IMG/VR virus record: IMGVR_UViG_2690316318_000023 | Span: 1-27,264 of that record | DNA: 27,264 nt | Source of the DNA: a virus | Taxonomy: Duplodnaviria; Heunggongvirae; Uroviricota; Caudoviricetes | Direction: 5' to 3' (one strand) | Shown: in pieces, positions 7,840 through 16,438 of the stretch | Numbering within the stretch: position 1 is the stretch's first letter | Layout of the letters: each line of letters starts with the position of its first letter | The notes under the pieces: model-generated | Seen by the model: only the letters and a program-made list of their open reading frames with translations | What the model was told of the DNA's origin: nothing | Databases searched by the model: none | Position numbers and translations under genes: made by a program

Positions 7840-10596
7840 TCATTCTTCGGATGAGTTATAATCTCCTGGCTGGTAATTGAGTACATAAACGTTTATTTGT
7901 CGTCCCTGAATACGTGGTGATTTTCTTTGGTATCCACGACCGCTGTTTGGTGGGGTTAGCATCCCGGCTTTTTTCAACACTTCAGCAAACTGTTTTGCGT
8001 TGAAACCACATGCGATCTCCTTTTCAAATGTGGCCGGGAATGTGTAGAAAATCATTGGGCTTTCGTCATGTTCTCCACGCTGACGGTATCCGGCTAAATC
8101 TTTGATGGGCAAATCTGCCGGGCTGTATGGAAATGGTGCAAAACGGCTAAGCCCATAGGCATTAAGAAATGCCTCCGTTTGTTCAATAATCTGCTGATGC
8201 TCTTTGTTACCTGTGCCGAACTCGCGCAACCATGCGTTATAGCTGTGCTGTATCGCATCACGGCATGTCTGAGCATCCCAGCCTGTTACAACCTCGCCTA
8301 ACAGCAATGCGGCCTCCAGAATGGCAAATCGCGCGGCTACACGGTGAACCTGCTCACCATAATCGGATGGGATCAGGCTTCTCCATCTGCTTTCGCAGTC
8401 ACGAACAGTTTTAATAGCCTGTTGCTGGTGGTCTGCCAGCCATTTAATCCACTCACGCCCGGCTGCGCCGTGGTGATGCTGGTAAGCGTCTTTCAGTGCG
8501 TCTGCGTGCTGTTTTCCGTTCTGGTAATCGTGAAAGCGTACTGCTTTACTCAACGGAATATTCAGCAGTCGCACCAGTTGCCCGGCTTTGGTTTTTCGCC
8601 CGGAAGTAGCGATAAATGTTTCTAAATCCATTTCTCCGGTGCTGATTGCCACTGTACGCCAGCGTTTTAGATCCCGGTTTCCACCATCTTTAGCGCCTTG
8701 CAGTTTCCCTACACCGTTAAATAACGCATAGGCAGACTGTGAAACACTGACAGGATCAGCGCCCTGACCAACTTCATCAAGCGGCATTAATCCGTCATTG
8801 TGGGCGGCGGCTTCATTTGCCAGCCCCAGCGCGGTTCCGTACCACGTCAGCCGCAGTAAATCAGGGTTGCCGTATAAGCTGCTCGCCACGTTTGCCGTGG
8901 TGGTCTTACCTGCGCTCGACTGCTCATAGAAATGAATACCGAACCCGTCAGCACCCACCAGCCCAATCAATGGCGCTGCCAGTGCTGCGCCGATCCCGGT
9001 CATCATTGAATAGTTACCAAAGGCCAGACGCGCCACGTTATCACGCCAGCTTTTCGCGCTCCCTGAGACGGTATATCCGGCTGCGGCTGAGCTTCTCCCG
9101 CTGAACAGCACAGGATTTTCAGGTGTTCCGATGATTTCCCCATCAGACATGATGTACGCTCCGCATTGCCAGCCAGTGGCATGAGCAACACGCCACAATT
9201 CACGAGAGCCACTGCGTTGTAGCCAGTCTGCCAGTATTGCTCTGAGGCTGCTTTTGGTCGTGACATTTACCCCACCAGCTTTAAGTGTGCGCCATCCTTC
9301 ACGTTCACCAATATCAGCCAGTGGAATGGCAGCGGTTGTCGGCGTTTCAGAACCAAACGACAGCCAGCGAAGAATGAGATACTGGTCTTTATCGTCTCTG
9401 CCAGTACCGATAACGCTTAAAGGAGAACATAACCAGCTTTCGTTATTGATGATTTCTCCACTCTGGCTGTCAGCTCTCGGAGATACCCAATAAATACCAT
9501 CCTCGCGGCTTTCTATTCTTGGTTTCAGTGGGTCGGTATCCATAACCTTAAAATCGCTTCCCTCAATGGTCTGTGGCTCCTGTTTCACGCCATTACCCTG
9601 TGGTTGGTACATTGACTTATTGAACGCTTCTGTGGCGCATTTAATGCCGTGTTTTTGGTGGTAATCATTCCAGTCTGCTTTGTGATCTGTCGGGGGTAAT
9701 GCCACCCATCCAGAAACAGATAAAGCTGCTTTTTCTGCTGCTATTCTCCCCGTGTTTTGTCTTCCTTCGCTGTGGTCGTTATCCGCAGCAATGATGATTT
9801 GTGCTGAAGGAAATTTATCCCGCAGTACCTGGGCGACATATAACAGGTTCCCGGCATCAATCGCCGCCACTGTCAGCGCTTCTGAACGAATTAAATGGGC
9901 AGATAATGCCGTTGCCAGCCCTTCTGCGATTAAGATGCTCTGTGTTGTTTCTGGTGCGTTTATGGCGTGATATGCCCCTCGCTTTGCTGAACCTGTCAGG
10001 AGTCTTTTTTCACCATGTGAGGTAATAGTCTGTGCTGCTGTGACTGCGCCGGATTTATCCACCAGCGCCAGCAACAGAGATCCATCGGGCAACACGGGGA
10101 ATGTAAAATCACCTACCCCTTTCGCAACCAGATAATCAGATTTGCCGTTTACAGCCTTTCTGCGCATGTCATCAAACTGACGGGAAAACGTATCCCGTCT
10201 TTGTTGTTCGTCCTTCTCTGCCCTTTTCAGGCGCTCCTGTTCGCGTCGCTGGCGCTCGGTTTCCAGTTGTTCCCGTTTCTGGCTGGTGGCTTCTGGTGTT
10301 TCCGTTGTCCGGTAATCAATACCCAGAACATCAGCGGCAAGAAGCGCCGCCTCTGTTGTGTCGCAGTTATTTACGCGTTTAATTAAATCCAGCCCATCAC
10401 CAGCGCCGCACTGATTACAGATGAAGCTACCGCGCCCGTTGTCATCGAACCGGAATCGATCTTTGCCCCCACATGCAGGGCAGGGAGCATGACGGCGCGG
10501 AGAGTCAGGGACATTTATGTTCAGGCAGCCCAGCACATGAGGCCAGTTGTTTTCAGACGCACTGATAACCTGACGGATAAGATCAATGTTTCGCAT
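7840..10596 (-). CDS. P4 alpha-like DNA primase/helicase (918 aa): N-terminal zinc-ribbon, TOPRIM, C-terminal P-loop NTPase
   Basis: CPACGG...CNQCG zinc-binding motif near the N-terminus; TOPRIM-like IIIAADNDHSEG; P-loop-like SSAGKTT. ATG preceded by GGGGG Shine-Dalgarno. Confidence 0.9.
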   Translation of the reverse strand: MRNIDLIRQVISASENNWPHVLGCLNINVPDSPRRHAPCPACGGKDRFRFDDNGRGSFICNQCGAGDGLDLIKRVNNCDTTEAALLAADVLGIDYRTTETPEATSQKREQLETERQRREQERLKRAEKDEQQRRDTFSRQFDDMRRKAVNGKSDYLVAKGVGDFTFPVLPDGSLLLALVDKSGAVTAAQTITSHGEKRLLTGSAKRGAYHAINAPETTQSILIAEGLATALSAHLIRSEALTVAAIDAGNLLYVAQVLRDKFPSAQIIIAADNDHSEGRQNTGRIAAEKAALSVSGWVALPPTDHKADWNDYHQKHGIKCATEAFNKSMYQPQGNGVKQEPQTIEGSDFKVMDTDPLKPRIESREDGIYWVSPRADSQSGEIINNESWLCSPLSVIGTGRDDKDQYLILRWLSFGSETPTTAAIPLADIGEREGWRTLKAGGVNVTTKSSLRAILADWLQRSGSRELWRVAHATGWQCGAYIMSDGEIIGTPENPVLFSGRSSAAAGYTVSGSAKSWRDNVARLAFGNYSMMTGIGAALAAPLIGLVGADGFGIHFYEQSSAGKTTTANVASSLYGNPDLLRLTWYGTALGLANEAAAHNDGLMPLDEVGQGADPVSVSQSAYALFNGVGKLQGAKDGGNRDLKRWRTVAISTGEMDLETFIATSGRKTKAGQLVRLLNIPLSKAVRFHDYQNGKQHADALKDAYQHHHGAAGREWIKWLADHQQQAIKTVRDCESRWRSLIPSDYGEQVHRVAARFAILEAALLLGEVVTGWDAQTCRDAIQHSYNAWLREFGTGNKEHQQIIEQTEAFLNAYGLSRFAPFPYSPADLPIKDLAGYRQRGEHDESPMIFYTFPATFEKEIACGFNAKQFAEVLKKAGMLTPPNSGRGYQRKSPRIQGRQINVYVLNYQPGDYNSSEE

Positions 10597-10608
10597 TCTG
10601 GCCCCCGT

Positions 10609-11211
10609 TTAGTGCGTCACTGGTGCTTCTGGGATGCCGTTTTCGTTTAGTTCGGCAATAAAGCTGTTGTGAAGATCGGCAAGCACTTCTCGCCCAAACG
10701 AAGTGAGTGTTCCCTGTTCGACATCGAACATGTTGCTGTAAAAAATGATGGCATTCTTTGTTCCGACATCAACACCATATTTCTCGATCATTGCGCCCTC
10801 AATGTTGTTTGCCATAGCGAGGCGCTCTGCTACTGGATACAGCGGCATGGCGACGATGCCATTGGAATAAACAGAAACCACGGAATGATTGCCACTGTCA
10901 TCAATAATGCTGACGGTGCCGTTTTCCTTTCTCATTTCATTGATGAATGCTGTTGCTATCAGCCAGCGCCACATAATCACGTGATGCTGTGATGTGTAAT
11001 CGAAATATCCCTGGTTGCCGCCACTGGCAATAGCGAGATGTATAAACATGCCTTCATCTGGTTTATCGTCATAATCCCCGGCATCCAGACGATTTACGGC
11101 ATCAATATATGAGACGGCCTCAACGCGTTCTGTCATGCCATCGTTGCTGCGGTACATGATGTTTACGCCGTCAGGCGTTGCTTCTGCATGGAAGGTTAAG
11201 AAATTATTCAT
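10609..11211 (-). CDS. Hypothetical protein (about 200 aa from ATG 11211), immediately upstream of the primase
   Basis: ORF extends to 11316 in the track, but the ATG at 11211 overlaps the upstream stop (ATGAATAA) and is the likely start. No recognisable motif. Confidence 0.6.
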   Translation of the reverse strand: MNNFLTFHAEATPDGVNIMYRSNDGMTERVEAVSYIDAVNRLDAGDYDDKPDEGMFIHLAIASGGNQGYFDYTSQHHVIMWRWLIATAFINEMRKENGTVSIIDDSGNHSVVSVYSNGIVAMPLYPVAERLAMANNIEGAMIEKYGVDVGTKNAIIFYSNMFDVEQGTLTSFGREVLADLHNSFIAELNENGIPEAPVTH

Positions 11212-11425
11212 GTTTCGCCTCGCCTGAATGATTCTGTAACTCATATTTGCCCAACAATTCGTCCGCTTCCTGAATAGCTTCTGGTACGCCATTGAGCAGT
11301 GACATAACCGCGCCAATCATTAACTTGTCTCTGTTGCTGGGGCTGGCCCCTTCAAGCCAGAACCCTAAAACAGTCTGAACCTGTTCGATGCGACATTGCG
11401 CTTCAATGAGCTGGATGTTGGTCAT
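11204..11425 (-). CDS. Small hypothetical protein (73 aa)
   Basis: ATG preceded by GGAGAG; overlaps neighbours in operon fashion. Confidence 0.55.
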   Translation of the reverse strand: MTNIQLIEAQCRIEQVQTVLGFWLEGASPSNRDKLMIGAVMSLLNGVPEAIQEADELLGKYELQNHSGEAKHE

Positions 11426-11685
11426 TTCGCACTCTCCACATCGATTAAACTGATATCTATCAGGGAGGTAACTTTTTGTAGCCAGCTATTGATTACTGTC
11501 GCCTGTTCCCCTCCCACCGAGGGAACAATCTCATTCATCACATGAACCAGACCTGTGCGCGCTCTGGTAAGCCGTTCAGTCGCGCAATCTGCGAGAGTGA
11601 ATGTGTCTGGATATGGCTCTTCTCTCCCCAGCAATGATTCAATTTCCAGCTCACACGGATGACGATAAATTAAGTTGATATTCAT
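11422..11685 (-). CDS. Small hypothetical protein (87 aa)
   Basis: ATG preceded by GGGGG; start overlaps the upstream stop (ATGA). Confidence 0.55.
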   Translation of the reverse strand: MNINLIYRHPCELEIESLLGREEPYPDTFTLADCATERLTRARTGLVHVMNEIVPSVGGEQATVINSWLQKVTSLIDISLIDVESAK

Positions 11686-11876
11686 TTTTCACCCCCAAGA
11701 ATTACCAGCTCTGCACGGGCATCGTTAACCAAAGATGAGCACGCTTTAATCGCATCCACGACATCAGCAGCGTCCATTTCTTCAGCCGAAAGACTGACAG
11801 CAACCAGGACAGCCGCTACTTGCTCAATTAATTGAAGTGCTGACGTAAGGCGAGGGGTATTAATTGAGTTATTCAT
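11682..11876 (-). CDS. Small hypothetical protein (64 aa from ATG 11876)
   Basis: GGGGG Shine-Dalgarno 6 nt before the ATG at 11876. The track ORF extends to 11933 but has no ribosome-binding site there. Confidence 0.45.
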   Translation of the reverse strand: MNNSINTPRLTSALQLIEQVAAVLVAVSLSAEEMDAADVVDAIKACSSLVNDARAELVILGGEK

Positions 11877-12936
11877 TGGTTGCCCCCGTTTTTCCTGGCA
11901 TTTGTCCACCTTCCAGCAGGAAATGAACGTCACGAACGGCGAGATCCAATATCGCGAGTAACGCCTTCAGCCTTTCGTCTCGTGAGGGAGAGTTGCTCAC
12001 CAGAATGTCGTTAATCACTTCTGTCAGTGTGATGATCTGGCTTGTGCGTTCGAGGGGATCCATATGCACATCGTAGGTTTTAATCATGTGCCACCTCCAT
12101 GCGGATACGACCAGCAAAAAAGCAGACGTGATCGCGCACCAGAGAACGGCGAGCATCGCGTTCAGACTCGGCAGCAATATGATGAATTTTGGCGGTAATT
12201 GTCGGGCAATCGCGGCGAACTGCGGCGATAATCCAGATAAATTGCGGTTTTTGGGTAGGGGTAGTAGCCAGCATGTGGCAGCCTCCTTCAGATAGCAGGT
12301 TACGCTACCACCGGAAACGCCAATTTCGCTGGTGGTAGCCCAGACAGGGTTGGCGTAACCGGCTCTGAAGGATACCGGCGCTTCCGAAGAAGCCCCCGCC
12401 TGAGCCACCATTGATTGACAAAGGCGCTGGATTATACACCAACGCCCAAAAAATGGGTGAGTCAGACCTACGACATAAAAAAAGACGCTCGGCGCGTCAT
12501 ATGTCGCCTTCAGAATTTTCAGGACGCCAATCCCGGCACCCGTTTTATGAGGTGCCTTATAACCATAAACCGTGTTGCCGCATAACGGCAAGCTCTTTTT
12601 TATGGACTCCGAAAACTCAGTATTGGAAGCACCAGATGCACAATACATCGCGCTCATTTCGTTAACGTCGCGCGTATGGACGAAGGTTTTTGTGGAGTCA
12701 CTACGCGAGCAGAGAAAGCCATCTACGACCAGAAATTCTCTGGCGCAGCCGCTGACCTTCTCAACGCTAACACCATCGACCGTAATTTCTGACATAGTTA
12801 AGGCATCCGCTCCTACCACCAGAAAATGATAAACTTTGCTTGTATCTGCTGTATTAATGCCAGACTTTGCTGTCATATTGCTGGATTTTGGTGACATACC
12901 AGCCAGTGAAAATATCTTCTTCTGGACGGTTAGCAT
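11869..12936 (-). CDS. ORF of uncertain structure (355 codons open); N-terminal part looks like a real protein, C-terminal part overlaps alternative small genes
   Basis: ATG at 12936 has a GGAGG Shine-Dalgarno. The frame is open to 11869, but strong GGAGG-ATG sites also occur at 12274 (other frame, 64 aa) and 12087 (same frame, 72 aa), so the real gene boundaries are unclear. Confidence 0.35.
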   Translation of the reverse strand: MLTVQKKIFSLAGMSPKSSNMTAKSGINTADTSKVYHFLVVGADALTMSEITVDGVSVEKVSGCAREFLVVDGFLCSRSDSTKTFVHTRDVNEMSAMYCASGASNTEFSESIKKSLPLCGNTVYGYKAPHKTGAGIGVLKILKATYDAPSVFFYVVGLTHPFFGRWCIIQRLCQSMVAQAGASSEAPVSFRAGYANPVWATTSEIGVSGGSVTCYLKEAATCWLLPLPKNRNLSGLSPQFAAIARQLPPKFIILLPSLNAMLAVLWCAITSAFLLVVSAWRWHMIKTYDVHMDPLERTSQIITLTEVINDILVSNSPSRDERLKALLAILDLAVRDVHFLLEGGQMPGKTGATNE

Positions 12937-13112
12937 TTGTTAACCTCCGCGAACTCCTTCATGAAGCGCGCCAGCGGTTGTACGCATGGCGATTGATACC
13001 CGTCGCGATAAAACGTCACTCGGTTGTGAGACACGCTTTCGACAGTAACGAGTGCTCCGTGGGCATCTTTGTAGCGTTTTTGAGGTTGTGGTGTTCCTGT
13101 TGGCTTAGACAT
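12930..13112 (-). CDS. Small hypothetical protein (about 60 aa from ATG 13112)
   Basis: GGAGG Shine-Dalgarno 6 nt upstream of ATG 13112, which overlaps the end of the upstream gene. Confidence 0.45.
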   Translation of the reverse strand: MSKPTGTPQPQKRYKDAHGALVTVESVSHNRVTFYRDGYQSPCVQPLARFMKEFAEVNKC

Positions 13113-13938
13113 TGACCGCCTCCAGACGCTTGGCGAGCCAGCGTTGCGACAGGCGGGTGAGTTCTCCTTTGCGCTGCTCATATTCCATGCCCATATCAAT
13201 TAACGTGATATTGGTGCTTTCGAGATATGAGAGGTGCTCAAGCTGTTCTGCGTTCATATGGTCGCGAGGTTCGCCAGAATAGCCATTTATCCGCGCCCAC
13301 TGCTTAGCAGTTAGCCCACCAAGAACGATACGAGAAATCATATTGCTCTCGTTTGTGTAGTGGTGTTGCTGCGTCGTTTTCCCCTGCTCGGCACGGGCCA
13401 TATTCAGCGCATCGCACATTGGCTTAAAGTTGTTTGCGGCACTGATACGGGCTTTTAGCTGGCGACGATAGCGGGCGGCGATTTCAGGCACGCTACGCTG
13501 TAATTCTTCCTCGCACTGGATGAAATAACGGCGGATAGCGCGACCCTGATCATTGCGTTCGATCATTGCCAGTTCTTTCGCCATTCCGACACTTAACAGA
13601 TAGTCTTTGCCGGGTCTGCCAGACTGCTTAATCTTGCTGTAAGCCGCGCCATTCGGGCTTTTCCCCAAATTTGGGGAAATTGTTTTATGGACTGAGTAAT
13701 CGTGCCCAATGGTGAAGTCATATTCAGAGATGCGATCAGTGATCCATGTAGAGAAGTCTTTTCCCACGCCCAACGCTTTGTGTAACGCTTTTGCGCTAAC
13801 AATATTGGTTTCACGCCCACCGATATGACCAGGAATAACCGGGACAATTGCGGCAAATTCATTACCGTTAATTGTGCTCAGAGAGGCGTTCAGATGAGGG
13901 GCGGCCTCAGAAATTAATCTGCTTTTTTCGATGTTCAT
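13105..13938 (-). CDS. Phage antirepressor-like protein (277 aa)
   Basis: GGAGA Shine-Dalgarno. The N-terminal region (DYLLSVGMAKELAMIERNDQGRAIRRYFIQCEEEL) resembles the antirepressor/Rha-type N-terminal domain of phage regulatory proteins; recalled, unverified. Confidence 0.7.
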   Translation of the reverse strand: MNIEKSRLISEAAPHLNASLSTINGNEFAAIVPVIPGHIGGRETNIVSAKALHKALGVGKDFSTWITDRISEYDFTIGHDYSVHKTISPNLGKSPNGAAYSKIKQSGRPGKDYLLSVGMAKELAMIERNDQGRAIRRYFIQCEEELQRSVPEIAARYRRQLKARISAANNFKPMCDALNMARAEQGKTTQQHHYTNESNMISRIVLGGLTAKQWARINGYSGEPRDHMNAEQLEHLSYLESTNITLIDMGMEYEQRKGELTRLSQRWLAKRLEAVNV

Positions 13939-13950
13939 TTTCAGTCTCCG

Positions 13951-14382
13951 TTAAGCGGCGTTAAACGCGTCCGGGTAGAGTTTCAGAATGTCGGCAATTT
14001 CCTGCTGAGAAAGTCCGTTGTGATCATTTATGTTCGCAAGATGGTTAATATGAGTGATCACTTTCAGAACATCACCACGGCAGGAGAAACGGTAGCGAAG
14101 GTGTGTTCCGATACCATCAGGATTCTTTTCGTCGATACGCTCCAGAGTGATTCCAAGCTGGCGTTCTAACTCTGTTGCATAGTTACGACCAGAAGACAGA
14201 CGGCAGTAGCGAAGAATGTCGTTTTCTGTCCATCCCTCTATACCAGTACGCAGCATATAGACTCGGGCACGATGCTTTTTCGGTGTGCGCTTTGGTGCTT
14301 GAAGGGATTTTGTAAGGGGCGTAATATCAGATACGCGAATATCTGAATTAGCCGCCTGTAATGGGCGGTTTTTCTTTTCCAT
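13951..14382 (-). CDS. Hypothetical protein (143 aa), basic N-terminus
   Basis: ATG overlaps the alpA stop (ATGA); no recognisable domain. Confidence 0.65.
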   Translation of the reverse strand: MEKKNRPLQAANSDIRVSDITPLTKSLQAPKRTPKKHRARVYMLRTGIEGWTENDILRYCRLSSGRNYATELERQLGITLERIDEKNPDGIGTHLRYRFSCRGDVLKVITHINHLANINDHNGLSQQEIADILKLYPDAFNAA

Positions 14383-14585
14383 CAGGCCACCTCGTCTCTA
14401 GATTCTAATATACACTTCTCAATCCATTCATCTATTTCAGACTCAACAAAAGCAATAGCCCGACTTCCAATTTTTACCTGTTTAGGGAACCTCCCCTGAC
14501 TAATAAGACGATAAATCCATGCTTTGCTATAACCAGTTCGCCTTTGAACTTCAGAGAGACGAATTAATGAATTGTAATTAGCCAT
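14382..14585 (-). CDS. alpA: AlpA-family phage regulatory protein / excisionase-like HTH (67 aa)
   Basis: Size, position next to int, and the motif ...RLSEVQRRTGYSKAWIYRLISQGRFPKQVKIGSRAIAFVESEIDEWI are typical of AlpA-type regulators. Confidence 0.85.
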   Translation of the reverse strand: MANYNSLIRLSEVQRRTGYSKAWIYRLISQGRFPKQVKIGSRAIAFVESEIDEWIEKCILESRDEVA

Positions 14586-15012
14586 TTATTAATATCCTGT
14601 ACTAATGACGCAATAACCCCCTCCTGCAACGAATGGCGAGAGTTTTATTTGCGTCAAATGTCGAATACGCCAAAGACCACAATATGAAAAACATATTGCG
14701 GTCTTTTATAAAAGATAGTCAGATTGTTTTGGTTTGTTTGCTCCACAAGGGTAGAGCTACCCTGCATTTCGGCAGGATCACGCTATTAGGCGTGACATCC
14801 AGTAGTTTTAAAGAACAATTGCGCTTTGTCAGCGCCAAAGCCTGTTAAAGAACATTCCGCTTTTCAGCAGCGTAGAAGGCTCAATACACCTTCGTTTATA
14901 AAAGAGCGATTGCCCTTCTCCAGGGCTAACTGTTAAATAGCAATCCTCTGTGAGTTTTTATCAATCTACTCCCCTATACTTTAGTAAACCTCTGTATACT
15001 TGTCCAGTTGTT

Positions 15013-16227
15013 TCATGCGTGTTTTTCAAACACCATATGCACCACATTTCCGCCATGCTCGAGAGAATCCATATAGTCGGCATACCATTGAAGCATCTCC
15101 CGCCTTCCATCCAGATATTGCGCATGGTTGTATGTGCCACGAATTGAGTTCTTATCAACGTGAGCGAGCTGCGTTTCTATCCACGCGGTGTTATAGCCCT
15201 GCTCATGCAAAATCGTACTCATAGTGTGCCGGAACCCATGACCAGTTACACGTCCAGCGTAGCCAATGCGCTTAAACACTTGGTTTATGCTGGCCTCACT
15301 CATTGTTTTCCTTGGATCATTGCGCCCGGGAAACATAAGAGGGTAATTGCCTGTTATTTCTCTAATCTTCCCAATAAGCGAAAGAGCCTGCTCAGACAAT
15401 GGCACAATATGAGGCCGCCGCATTTTCATACGTGAAGCGGGTATCTCCCAGAGAGCCTTGTTGAAATCAATTTCATCCCATAATGCGCCACGTAGTTCGC
15501 CAGTCCGCAAGCCTGTGATAATCAGTAGACGAGCCGCCATAACAACCAATGCGCTTCCTGAGTAACTGGACAATGCCTTGAAAAAATCAGGTAATTCTTT
15601 GGCTGTAAGGAAAGGGTAATGATTAGATTCATGGCCTTGCATCGCGCTAGTAAGGTCTGGTGCAGGGTTATACTCTGCGCGACCAGTGACTATTGCATAG
15701 CGGAAAACTTCCCCGCACCGCTGCCTCACTTTTTTGGCTTTTTCTGTAGCACCGCGCCCCTCGATGCGCCGCAGCACATTCAGAAGTTCAAGTGGTTTGA
15801 TTTCGGCGATTGGTTTTTTGCCAATGTAAGGGAACACATCTTTGTTGAAGGCTTCGAGGATGTCTGAAGCATAACCAGCAGACCATTTTTTTAATTTGCT
15901 GCTGTGCCACTCAAGGGCAATATCTTTGAAGGTGTTGTTTAACTGCGTTTCCCGGGCAATCTTTTCCTCTCGTTTCGCTTCCATCGGATCGATACCACCA
16001 GCGATACCTCTTTTCGCATCTTCACGTTTTGCCCGAGCATCGGCTAGAGTAACCTCAGGATACACACCTAGTGCCAATAGCTTCTCTTTACCAGCTACAC
16101 GATATTTAAGTCGCCAGTATTTACCTCCATTAGGTTTTACCAAGAGATACAAACCGCCACCATCGGCCAGCTTGTAAGCCTTCTCTTTTGGCTTGGCTGT
16201 GTCTATTTGACGGGCATTGAGTTTCAC
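15013..16227 (-). CDS. int: P4-type tyrosine site-specific integrase (404 aa)
   Basis: N-terminus MKLNARQIDTAKPKEKAYKLADGGGLYLLVKPNGGKYWRLKYR and C-terminal HGFRHT...LAH...Y catalytic region. GTG start with GGAGG upstream. Adjacent to the tRNA fragment. Confidence 0.95.
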   Translation of the reverse strand: MKLNARQIDTAKPKEKAYKLADGGGLYLLVKPNGGKYWRLKYRVAGKEKLLALGVYPEVTLADARAKREDAKRGIAGGIDPMEAKREEKIARETQLNNTFKDIALEWHSSKLKKWSAGYASDILEAFNKDVFPYIGKKPIAEIKPLELLNVLRRIEGRGATEKAKKVRQRCGEVFRYAIVTGRAEYNPAPDLTSAMQGHESNHYPFLTAKELPDFFKALSSYSGSALVVMAARLLIITGLRTGELRGALWDEIDFNKALWEIPASRMKMRRPHIVPLSEQALSLIGKIREITGNYPLMFPGRNDPRKTMSEASINQVFKRIGYAGRVTGHGFRHTMSTILHEQGYNTAWIETQLAHVDKNSIRGTYNHAQYLDGRREMLQWYADYMDSLEHGGNVVHMVFEKHA

Positions 16228-16291
16228 TTGGGGGTACCTCCACTAAACCGAACAGCAAATACCCCCATAAGTACCCCCATCTGACCGTAGA

Positions 16292-16375
16292 TTTTGAGGG
16301 ACTTTAGTAGACGTCAAAAGACGAACGGGGCTTTAATACGCGGATTATAAGGGGTTTTGAAAGACTTTAGTAGAC
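16292..16375. repeat. Pair of 21-bp direct repeats (TTTTGAnnGACTTTAGTAGAC) between int and the att core; candidate integrase arm-type sites
   Basis: Read directly at 16292-16312 and 16355-16375 (2 mismatches). Confidence 0.4.
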
Positions 16376-16392
16376 TTGGGGAGATGTTTGAA

Positions 16393-16438
16393 TGGTGCCG
16401 ATAATAGGAGTCGAACCTACGACCTTCGCATTACGAAT
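16393..16438 (-). pseudogene. tRNA-Thr 3' fragment (46 nt: anticodon loop through CCA end), att-core repeat beside the integrase; not an intact tRNA
   Basis: The minus strand reads ...TTCGTAATGCGAAGGTCGTAGGTTCGACTCCTATTATCGGCACCA (T-loop GGTTCGACTCC, acceptor stem, CCA), matching my recollection of E. coli thrW. The upstream sequence cannot form the 5' acceptor/D arm. Confidence 0.6.

Larger units (their letters stand above)
1..16438 (-). mobile_element. P4/satellite-like integrative element (partial in window): integrase, AlpA, antirepressor-like, small-gene operon, alpha-type primase, iteron-flanked cargo, PerC-like gene; bounded on the right by a tRNA-Thr 3' fragment
   Basis: Co-linear minus-strand gene order int, alpA, primase; tRNA-derived att core at 16393-16438 beside int; iteron arrays beside the primase. 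The left boundary is not visible in the window. Confidence 0.75.

Noticed and set aside
7522-7861. Small ORFs overlapping the iteron array (peptides with EPTEPTEPT or NQLNQLNQ repeats)
   Set aside because: The repetitive peptides are simply translations of the tandem DNA iterons; the region is better explained as an origin-like repeat array.
8094-10386. Multiple 60-95-aa ORFs on both strands inside the primase gene
   Set aside because: Nested within a 918-aa ORF that has clear primase motifs; typical spurious frames.
11869-12295. Alternative small genes (64 aa at 12080-12274; 72 aa at 11869-12087) and a plus-strand 69-aa ORF in the same interval
   Set aside because: Not listed as separate features because they conflict with the 355-codon open frame and cannot be resolved from sequence alone; the plus-strand ORF lacks a ribosome-binding site.
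14633-15435. Plus-strand ORFs of 65-91 aa in the int-alpA intergenic region and antisense to int
   Set aside because: No convincing ribosome-binding sites; they overlap the integrase coding strand or the regulatory region, and their composition looks non-coding.
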